Source: a virus
DNA length: 64,000 nucleotides
Virus record (IMG/VR): IMGVR_UViG_3300049489_001336
Coordinates: 1-64,000 of that record
Strand: one strand, 5' to 3'
Shown: positions 57,726 to 64,000 of the stretch, in pieces
How positions within the stretch are numbered: position 1 is the stretch's first letter
Layout: each line of letters begins with the position of its first letter
Made by a program: the position numbers and the translations under genes
The notes under the pieces: model-generated
Seen by the model: the letters and a program-made list of their open reading frames with translations, nothing else
Database searches by the model: none
Told to the model about the DNA's origin: nothing

Positions 57726-58109
57726 TTACGCGTCTTCCTGGTCGTTGTGTGCTTGCCTTCGTGCTAGCTCAGGCAAGAACACGTGTTGGATGATGTACTG
57801 GCCGTGGTGCCAGTCTTTAGCAACGCCGTTGTCGATCAGGTGGGCGTATACACCTAATTCGCCGGCGTCCCTGTATAAGCGCTCCAGCTCCTCGAAATCG
57901 AGGGCTATGGCATTCACAGCCGGGTCGGGTTTTGCAGTTTCTGCCGCGTTGACAACGGCCTCTACGACCGTCTTAGCAGCCTTGGCTGCGTCGTCTGCCG
58001 TTGTGTGGGGTCGCGTTAAATCCAATACAATGCGCGCGCACCCATAAATAGCTAACCCTAGAAGAACGGGGTTGGTAGCAGTAGCCCCTATCAACAATAA
58101 AGGGAACAT
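57726..58109 (-). CDS. Small membrane-anchored protein
   Basis: AGGAGG RBS and hydrophobic N-terminus. Confidence 0.7.
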   Translation of the reverse strand: MFPLLLIGATATNPVLLGLAIYGCARIVLDLTRPHTTADDAAKAAKTVVEAVVNAAETAKPDPAVNAIALDFEELERLYRDAGELGVYAHLIDNGVAKDWHHGQYIIQHVFLPELARRQAHNDQEDA

Positions 58110-58120
58110 GAAAACCTCCT

Positions 58121-58145
58121 AAAAAAGGACGCACACGGCGCCCTT
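58121..58145 (-). terminator. Rho-independent terminator after the 57-aa peptide gene
   Basis: AAGGGCGC-CGTGT-GCGTCCTT followed by a T tract on the minus strand. Confidence 0.6.
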
Positions 58146-58173
58146 CTATGACGTTAGACGAGCAGCGCGCCGC

Positions 58174-58347
58174 TCAGCTTTTCGCCGGAGCAGGCTGGGC
58201 CTTCACAGCGTTGTAGACGCGGTTTCCGATGTGGTAGACGCCCACTGCGGCCACCGTGCCGCCGGCGATAACCGCCCACTGCGGCAGCGTCATCGCTGCG
58301 CCCGCTGTCACCAGAACCGGAGCCATTGCTTTGAAAAGATTACCCAT
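58174..58347 (-). CDS. 57-aa hydrophobic membrane peptide
   Basis: AAGGAGA RBS before MGNLFKAMAPVLVTAGAAMTLPQWAVIAGGTVAAVGVY...; has its own promoter and terminator. Confidence 0.7.
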   Translation of the reverse strand: MGNLFKAMAPVLVTAGAAMTLPQWAVIAGGTVAAVGVYHIGNRVYNAVKAQPAPAKS

Positions 58348-58371
58348 GGAAGTTCTCCTTGTTAGAGAGTT

Positions 58372-58431
58372 CAAAAAGTGAGAGGCATTTCTCACTACTA
58401 TATTATACCAAATAATCATTGGTTTTTATGA
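58372..58431 (-). promoter_or_regulatory. CATAAAAA-N12-TGGTATAAT promoter with 5' hairpin and U-tract
   Basis: Consensus extended -10, followed by an AGTGAGA/TCTCACT stem and TTTTT. Confidence 0.6.
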
Positions 58432-58453
58432 CACCCGCTAAGTACAATACGGG

Positions 58454-58618
58454 ATGCCCAAGGCTAAGTGGAACAGACCGCCTGTACTTGATTTGCTCCT
58501 AAAAATGAGGCTTCTAATCGAGCGTAAACGTAAAGAAGACATTGAACAAAAACTGAGCAGTGCGCACCGATTACTCAATTTACAGATTAAGACTTTGAAG
58601 AGGTCCTCTAATGGCTAA
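58454..58618 (+). CDS. Small basic protein (54 aa)
   Basis: MPKAKWNRPPVLDLLLKMRLL...; overlaps the next gene's start. TACAAT lies 5 nt upstream. Not in the ORF track. Confidence 0.5.
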   Translation: MPKAKWNRPPVLDLLLKMRLLIERKRKEDIEQKLSSAHRLLNLQIKTLKRSSNG

Positions 58619-60371
58619 ATGGCATAAATACGACGCAGGGCGCGCAGTACCCGAACCCCTGCGCCAGGCCGCGAGTACCGTAAAAGAAATAAATGATACG
58701 CTTGAGACTGTTTTTGGAACAATAAAAGAAGCGCTGGAAATTGCGCGGCTACTGGCGTCAAACCTAGCAAACAATCCTGTAGAAGCGGCGTTACGAGAAG
58801 CCCTTGAACAGATTCAGCAATACATAGACGATTTGATCGGGGGGACCACTGCCCACGCCATCATGATCCCCATCCAAAAACAGCATTACGGGATCGGGGA
58901 ACCTATCCCCGCAGACGCCACAGATCGTCTATCCCTTACGCCATCTTTCGATCAATTGGCTCAAGACGGAAGTTACTCTCAACGGGTAATTAAGGATATC
59001 ACCCCAGAGACTATTTCTTTTATCAACACCTCCGTCACATCATTAGGAGGTAACCGTGGATATTGGCGCGCTCTCGTGCTCTCTCTTTACGATGAAGGTG
59101 ACTTTGCAAGGCCCGACTTTCCCAACAACTTTGCTGTTACGGGTGCTTGTGTAATTTTTGGCTCTAAACAGTTAGCGGATTTGTATAAAATCATCGCGCT
59201 TCTTACCAAATGGATTCGTCTTGGCTTTAGAGCCGATATGGGAGCGCGCAGTCAGCCTATTCCCAGCACGCTTAAGGCTACGACAATACCCATTCCAACG
59301 GAAGGGCGCATAGGTGTCCAACTTGATTGGACCCCCATCCCACCCGTAATAACCAAAGCACTATTTAGCTCCGAACGGATGTTCGTTCGTGAGATTTTCA
59401 TAGTCAGATCGACAGACCCTCTGTTACGCGAACGTTTTGGTTGGGGTCAAGTTTTCACAGAAGAACCCGAAGCCAGCGGCCTGCCCGTTAGCGCTGACGG
59501 ACGCACCCGCGTAATCGCGCGACTTCCCAATGATGGATTAATCGCACGTTACGTAGATAAAGATACAAGTCTAAAAGTTGACACGTCGTACTACTACGCA
59601 CTAGCGCTGCGTTACGGCATCGGCTCCGACATTAAAACGCTGCTCATCCAACCTATGACGGAGTTTTCCAACGTAGTTTGGGTTCACTACATGGCGCGTC
59701 CAAACACGACACGTTTGAGCGAGCCACCTGACTGGTTTGCTACACCTTCGTTAATTCAGTTATTTCCCATCATCCAAAGCTTTGTAAATATCATAAAACT
59801 CTACGTAAACGGCGCAATAAACCGCACTCTATCTAACAACGGAATTGTTGCGCTCATCACGCAAACAATAAACCAAATTGAATCCCTTATAGCACAAGCC
59901 GCTGAAGTTAAAAAAGACCTCGATGCTTTAGAACAAATTTTACGTTCATTGTCAGGCTTAGATGGGCTAGGTATTTACGCAACGACGTTCGACGTAACCA
60001 CAGGGGGCATGCAAGCGTGGGTGGGTAAGCTTGCTCAACAGTTTTCTGATAGCACGGATACGTCGCGACCTCCGTTTGACCGTGGGGATGAATTCACTGC
60101 GGGATTTGTTATTGTGGCGGGGGCTCCTAGGCTTCCCGATCTCGCTAAAATTAGAGCGTTACTTAAACTTCTGTTCGGCGATGGCAGTGACGAAGAAACT
60201 ATCAAACTGCGAACTGCTTTAGACGTATTTACAGACCCTGAAGGTCCTTCGAAATTTACCTTCGATAATCAAATGCAAGCAACGCGTGTCTCTGATGATG
60301 CCGCCGGAGAAGGTAAACCCGTAGTTTTCGATGAAACCATGACGCCAGCGGAGCGCGACGCAAACTGTTAA
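58611..60371 (+). CDS. Putative baseplate/virion structural protein
   Basis: 586 aa with helical ends and an FnIII-like core (VQLDW...YYYAL); follows the spike region. Confidence 0.5.
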   Translation: MAKWHKYDAGRAVPEPLRQAASTVKEINDTLETVFGTIKEALEIARLLASNLANNPVEAALREALEQIQQYIDDLIGGTTAHAIMIPIQKQHYGIGEPIPADATDRLSLTPSFDQLAQDGSYSQRVIKDITPETISFINTSVTSLGGNRGYWRALVLSLYDEGDFARPDFPNNFAVTGACVIFGSKQLADLYKIIALLTKWIRLGFRADMGARSQPIPSTLKATTIPIPTEGRIGVQLDWTPIPPVITKALFSSERMFVREIFIVRSTDPLLRERFGWGQVFTEEPEASGLPVSADGRTRVIARLPNDGLIARYVDKDTSLKVDTSYYYALALRYGIGSDIKTLLIQPMTEFSNVVWVHYMARPNTTRLSEPPDWFATPSLIQLFPIIQSFVNIIKLYVNGAINRTLSNNGIVALITQTINQIESLIAQAAEVKKDLDALEQILRSLSGLDGLGIYATTFDVTTGGMQAWVGKLAQQFSDSTDTSRPPFDRGDEFTAGFVIVAGAPRLPDLAKIRALLKLLFGDGSDEETIKLRTALDVFTDPEGPSKFTFDNQMQATRVSDDAAGEGKPVVFDETMTPAERDANC

Positions 60372-60412
60372 CAGAAAACAAAATGAACTAAAATACGACT
60401 CAAGGAGAACCA

Positions 60413-60802
60413 ATGGCTACTCTCACGGTTTCGGCAACACTTACGTACGGTGACACAACCCCTGATGGCGCTGTGCCCTCTCGTGAGCCGTTGACTTTCT
60501 CTCTTTCTTACACAGAGAGCTCTTGTAAGACGGTCCAAATTCCGGCCAACACTACCGACTTTTCTATTGAGCTCGATACAGTAAGCGCGCCGAAATTCCT
60601 TTTCGCCAAAGCGCTTGACACCGATGTCACCGTAAAATTATCCGATGGGGTAGTCGTAACACCAACGCCTACGTCTTTGGCCGCTGCGAGTGGTTGGATC
60701 ATGCTGGCGAACCCCAATGGTCAAGCCATTAAAGAGTTGCTTGTAACTACGCCAGTATCTCCCGCTTCAGGCGCGCGCGTCAAAGTGTTAGCCTTCGAGT
60801 GA
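60413..60802 (+). CDS. Small beta-rich structural protein
   Basis: AAGGAG RBS; Thr/Val-rich. Confidence 0.6.
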   Translation: MATLTVSATLTYGDTTPDGAVPSREPLTFSLSYTESSCKTVQIPANTTDFSIELDTVSAPKFLFAKALDTDVTVKLSDGVVVTPTPTSLAAASGWIMLANPNGQAIKELLVTTPVSPASGARVKVLAFE

Positions 60803-61098
60803 TGGAGAACATCCTACCAGTACTGCTGCAGCAGGGCTCGCTCGGTATCGTTGCGAGCATATTTATTTACTTATACTTAAATGAACGTAACAAAAATCAA
60901 GAGCTGCAGAACAAAATAAGTACTACGTACGAACATCATTACCGTAAGCTAGATGAAGTCCGCCAAGCCCAAATCGAGCGTGAGCAAGAAGTAGCGCAAA
61001 CGCTCGAAGCCTACGGTAAAGGGGTAGTTGAAGCCGTTCGGCACACTACGGCGGTCGCTGACGAGTTGCGGAGGCTGCACCATGAGCAACGACCATAA
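60799..61098 (+). CDS. Single-TM holin-like protein
   Basis: LLQQGSLGIVASIFIYLY followed by a coiled coil. Confidence 0.45.
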   Translation: MMENILPVLLQQGSLGIVASIFIYLYLNERNKNQELQNKISTTYEHHYRKLDEVRQAQIEREQEVAQTLEAYGKGVVEAVRHTTAVADELRRLHHEQRP

Positions 61099-61399
61099 CG
61101 ACCAAGCAGGACGTTCTTCGTCCTCTCTTGAGCTCACCAATAAAAAGCTTGCAGCTACGCAAGTGCGTATGATCAACAAAGAACTCACAGAGCTCAAGAA
61201 GCGTACGTCCACTGCAGAAGAAAAGCCACAGTGTGCCCCGATGGAATCGGACAAAACGGGGCAATTTGTATTGCTGCCTCTCAAAGCCTGTAAGAATGAA
61301 AAAATTGAAGAAGCGTACAAAGAGGCAAAAGAAGTGAGTGACAGTTCTCCGCCTGCTCAAGAATCTAAAAAAAGAAAAAAATGGTATTTGTTTAGCTGA
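61082..61399 (+). CDS. Hypothetical charged protein
   Basis: Start taken at MSNDHND; overlaps the previous ORF end. Confidence 0.45.
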   Translation: MSNDHNDQAGRSSSSLELTNKKLAATQVRMINKELTELKKRTSTAEEKPQCAPMESDKTGQFVLLPLKACKNEKIEEAYKEAKEVSDSSPPAQESKKRKKWYLFS

Positions 61400-61691
61400 T
61401 TGTCCCTGTGCCCGTTCCTGTGCCTCCTAACGTCTTGTTCGCGGTAGGCGCTAGGGTTGCTGTAAAAGGCGTAACGGGGTCTCGCTGAAGCCCTGCATCC
61501 GACGTAGTGACTGTCGTTGTAGTTGTGACATTTACTGCGACTTCGGCATTCGCTTTGAAATAAGTAACCACAGCCTCAGCTAGAGCATCTGTAAATTTAC
61601 GCAAATCAGGGCGTGCCGCTTTTCCGGGCTTAAACGTCTCCTTTAATTGCTCGTAAATCGCATCAGATAAGCCCTCAGTAGATAAAGCCAT
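61392..61691 (-). CDS. Small hypothetical (possibly virion) protein
   Basis: DALAEAVVTYFKANAEV helix and Thr/Gly-rich tail. Confidence 0.55.
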   Translation of the reverse strand: MALSTEGLSDAIYEQLKETFKPGKAARPDLRKFTDALAEAVVTYFKANAEVAVNVTTTTTVTTSDAGLQRDPVTPFTATLAPTANKTLGGTGTGTGTIS

Positions 61692-61700
61692 GGTTGCTAC

Positions 61701-61970
61701 TCACTTACTTTTGGGATTATACATCGATACTTGCGAATCTTTTTTCTCAGCCGGCCGATTATGCGTGTGCACATACCCTGCTTTAAGACGCTTAGAGCCA
61801 GGGTAGTCCACGACTATGGTAGTCGGGAAAGACCACGTACTAGGTAACTTTTTAAAGGCATCCGAAGCGCCACATGCAGGACATTGCTCGGGCTTGCCTT
61901 CCACACCCTCTACGTAATCGTCAAACGTATGCGCACATGCGGCACATTCAAAATCGTAGTGTTTGAGCAT
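61701..61970 (-). CDS. FmdB-like Zn-ribbon protein
   Basis: YDFECAACAHTF...CPACG...KKLPS pattern. Confidence 0.7.
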   Translation of the reverse strand: MLKHYDFECAACAHTFDDYVEGVEGKPEQCPACGASDAFKKLPSTWSFPTTIVVDYPGSKRLKAGYVHTHNRPAEKKDSQVSMYNPKSK

Positions 61971-61981
61971 CGCTAACACCT

Positions 61982-62008
61982 AAAAAAGAAGCCCTCCATA
62001 GAGGGCTC
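61982..62008 (-). terminator. Rho-independent terminator
   Basis: GAGCCCTC-TATG-GAGGGCTT followed by CTTTTTT on the minus strand. Confidence 0.7.
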
Positions 62009-62014
62009 GTTATT

Positions 62015-62407
62015 TCACTTGTTACGTCGCATTGACACGTCAGGGCCGTCGTTATCGTCCATCGGCGACTCATCGTCAAACCGATCCTCGCGAGAATCAA
62101 AATCTCTTTGACGTTCTTCGCGAACAGCGAGGTACTTGTCTCCAATTTCCCGCAACAACTCCGCAGCGTCGCTGACGTTGTAAATGTTGAGGTACGGGTT
62201 TACCTCAATGATTTGACCATTTTCATCAAATTTCACGGTGCCCAATTTGAATGAGTACTTCGGCACCTGCAACGGAAGTTCATTGACTTCACAAACCACA
62301 TTTCCACGAACTTTCTTTTCGACGGGACGCCATGCCGGCGGCTTACGCGCCTGCATCGGAAACCGAGGCTTTCCAGAGAATTTATTAGGTCCACGTTTAG
62401 GGTACAT
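62015..62407 (-). CDS. Hypothetical protein (basic N-terminus, acidic C-terminus)
   Basis: GGAG RBS before MYPKRGP. The longer ORF in the track runs through the tRNA and is implausible. Confidence 0.6.
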   Translation of the reverse strand: MYPKRGPNKFSGKPRFPMQARKPPAWRPVEKKVRGNVVCEVNELPLQVPKYSFKLGTVKFDENGQIIEVNPYLNIYNVSDAAELLREIGDKYLAVREERQRDFDSREDRFDDESPMDDNDGPDVSMRRNK

Positions 62408-62466
62408 TATAGGGCGCTCCACGATTATTTTACGTTGTAACATGTTGAATAAACTTTTAAGTTGCC

Positions 62467-62541
62467 TGGTGGGTTCGACGGGAATTGAACCCGTAATGCT
62501 CCGGTTAAAAGCCGGGTGCCTTACCATTAGGCCACGAACCC
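62467..62541 (-). tRNA. trnK: tRNA-Lys(UUU)
   Basis: GGGTTCG/CGAACCC acceptor stem, D arm GCCT/AGGC, anticodon loop CT-TTT-AA, T arm ACGGG-TTCAATT-CCCGT, encoded ACCA. Confidence 0.95.
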
Positions 62542-62551
62542 CAAGGATTCC

Positions 62552-62953
62552 ATGCAGCACGAAACCCTCAAAAAACCTGCGTGTACAGAGTATGTACTAC
62601 GACATCTCTATTACATTGAAGACGCGTTAATACGCAATCAATTTCTAGAAGCACTTAACTATACAGGAGATGCACTCGCTAAGGTGCAAAACGAAATTGA
62701 TTGGTGCTATCGCACCGATGTAACGTTGCCTTTCATCTTAGAGTACCTGTTATTGCTGTCAGACACTCTACAGAAACTACAACATCTTATGCCATCGTAC
62801 AGGAAAGAGCAAGTGCCTTTGCTGATCAATGTGATACGAGACACGCGTCATTTAGTAGAGAAAGTGACTGCAAATCAGGCGCAATACGAAGAGCCTGACA
62901 GGTATATCGATGTACTAGAAAGCGAGCACCGCGCTACCATATATCAAAAGTAG
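62552..62953 (+). CDS. Hypothetical helical protein
   Basis: 133-aa open frame filling the gap between the tRNA and the denV-like gene. Confidence 0.5.
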   Translation: MQHETLKKPACTEYVLRHLYYIEDALIRNQFLEALNYTGDALAKVQNEIDWCYRTDVTLPFILEYLLLLSDTLQKLQHLMPSYRKEQVPLLINVIRDTRHLVEKVTANQAQYEEPDRYIDVLESEHRATIYQK

Positions 62954-63413
62954 CCGCTATTAAACAGGCAATCGGGGTATGTTTAGGCCACACGTAATTG
63001 TACTGCGGAAATGCGTGTAAATCCAACCCTAATGGACCCGTATTAAATAAGGGCCCGTAGTGTTTAGGATCTTTGTACAAAAGGGAACAGCGATGCGAGT
63101 AATGGAACATTTCGTCGCCTAACCAACTAGGAACGCTATCTTCCGTTAAAGCACGTGCTCTTAAGTCAGAATCTAAAGACATATTGTGCTTATAACCACG
63201 ACGAATCCATTCAGCACAAATCGCATCGTAATAAATAACAAGTCCATAGGCACACCCTCGCCACATAGTGACTGCAGGATGCTTTGACCAGGAGCTCTTT
63301 GTATACATCGCACGAAGAATTTGTTTACACTCGACGCGTTGTTTACCTAGGCGTTGTCTATCTAAGAGCTTTGCGGTTTCTTCGTAACTAGCGACAGGTA
63401 AAAAAGTTTGCAT
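62934..63413 (-). CDS. denV: Pyrimidine-dimer DNA glycosylase (T4 endonuclease V-like)
   Basis: MQTFLP......AKLLDRQRLGKQRVECKQI, HPAVTMWRG and EWIRRGYKH. Confidence 0.8.
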   Translation of the reverse strand: MQTFLPVASYEETAKLLDRQRLGKQRVECKQILRAMYTKSSWSKHPAVTMWRGCAYGLVIYYDAICAEWIRRGYKHNMSLDSDLRARALTEDSVPSWLGDEMFHYSHRCSLLYKDPKHYGPLFNTGPLGLDLHAFPQYNYVWPKHTPIACLIAATFDIW

Positions 63414-63415
63414 GC

Positions 63416-63456
63416 GGTGGGCTAGGCAGGACTCGAACCTGCAACGTTCCGGTTCC
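63416..63456 (-). tRNA. 3' exon of intron-containing tRNA, probably tRNA-Pro(UGG)
   Basis: GG-AA-CCGGA-ACGTT-GCAGG-TTCGAGT-CCTGC-CTAGCCC-A-CC maps to tRNA positions 35-75. The 5' exon lies beyond the window. Confidence 0.75.
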
Positions 63457-64000
63457 CATTACGTACTGTTTCCAGTACTAGGTCGACTATCTCATCATCC
63501 TATTTACTAGGATGCAGGGCGCTAAATCCGGTAATTAAGAGGACTCAACCTCTCCGGTAGTCTGTGCACCTTTCCAAGGTGTACCTTGGACTTGGCTCAG
63601 GGTTCTCATAACAAATCGTACTTGCGTGCCCATCTACGTACCGCATTACACGTGACGCCATACTTACGCCCGATAGCAGCCCACGATAATGTTGCTATAT
63701 CCTGCTCTAGCGTTTGCTTAGAAGGTAACGGTACTTTCCGTTTCCCTCCTTTGATTGCATGACAAGCTTTAGAGCAAAAAGTAGTCTGCTTAGGTTTTAA
63801 TACCGCGTCACACACAGCACAGTACGTATTTCGACTTGCGTTAGAATTCCCTGAATTCACCCTGTTCACACCTAGATTTTGCAATCCAGGGGCACCATTC
63901 CTAAGCCAGTTGTGCAACTTTGTGTGTTGCGTCTTCTCAAGAACGAGCAAATTCTTGTGACTGTTATCTGCACGATCACCGTTCAAATGATGAACATCTT
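63457..64000 (-). mobile_element. Group I intron (3' part) interrupting the tRNA
   Basis: CCCTGAGCCAAG (Q-like), P6a TCCAAGG/CCTTGGA, P7 GACTA/TAGTC, P7.1-type stems, P8 CATCCTA/TAGGATG, P9 GTACTG-GAAA-CAGTAC, and terminal TAATG. Confidence 0.85.
63606..63998 (-). CDS. Intron-encoded HNH homing endonuclease (3' part; 5' end beyond window)
   Basis: DVHHLNGDRADNSHKNL...HTKLH HNH motif, CAVC...FCSKAC Zn finger and C-terminal HTH. Confidence 0.85.
   Translation of the reverse strand, partial: DVHHLNGDRADNSHKNLLVLEKTQHTKLHNWLRNGAPGLQNLGVNRVNSGNSNASRNTYCAVCDAVLKPKQTTFCSKACHAIKGGKRKVPLPSKQTLEQDIATLSWAAIGRKYGVTCNAVRRWARKYDLL

Noticed and set aside
52933-61691. Tape measure gene or tail-chaperone frameshift site
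   Set aside because: No long helical tape-measure ORF or chaperone pair is recognisable here; they are presumably elsewhere in the genome.
62015-62560. 181-aa version of the ORF next to tRNA-Lys
   Set aside because: The extension translates the tRNA gene itself; an RBS-supported start is at 62407.
463-62898. Many 60-180 aa antisense or alternate-frame ORFs in the track (e.g. 463, 2214, 4035, 14090, 29047-29816, 36664, 38896, 46976)
   Set aside because: They are fully nested in well-supported genes and have shadow-like composition, explained by codon bias of the real strand.
1-64000. CRISPR array or Cas operon (prompted by Cas4-like nucleases and TnpB)
   Set aside because: No regularly spaced direct repeats with unique spacers were seen. 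TnpB has the IS605-type layout, and no cas1/cas2 genes are present.
1-64000. Stop-codon reassignment, as in some large phages
   Set aside because: Long conserved genes read intact in the standard code, and TAA, TAG and TGA all end genes at plausible, coupled positions.

Overview
This 64 kb window is a gene-dense segment of a large tailed dsDNA phage (Caudoviricetes) with a contractile tail, read in the standard genetic code. Left part (1-17 kb, mostly minus strand): GpA-type terminase, a UDG-fused family A DNA polymerase, a primase-helicase, two PD-(D/E)XK nucleases, an SSB-like protein, a sigma70-family factor, a ParB protein and a SNF2 helicase. From 17 to 61 kb (mostly plus strand) lies the virion module. 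It holds a putative portal and a phage multi-subunit RNA polymerase encoded as a fused beta-beta'(N) chain plus a separate beta'(C) gene. Next come many inner-head-like proteins studded with K-x-A motifs, the prohead protease, major capsid protein and neck proteins. Duplicated tail-completion-like genes, a patatin, sheath, tube and central spike follow. A solo tnpB and an island of small membrane proteins interrupt this module on the minus strand. The right end carries tRNA-Lys(UUU), a denV-like glycosylase, and the 3' exon of a probable tRNA-Pro(UGG) split by a group I intron encoding an HNH endonuclease. Most notable: (1) the fused/split RNAP; (2) a module-wide K-x-A putative protease-maturation code that also marks the RNAP and a peptidase/InPase polyprotein; (3) a candidate ~90-nt sRNA (1857-1948) with 15-nt perfect complementarity to the RBS of a small membrane-peptide gene 56 kb away, the two loci sharing a distinctive promoter motif; (4) the intron-split tRNA. 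All functional calls come from motif recognition by eye; no database searches were run.
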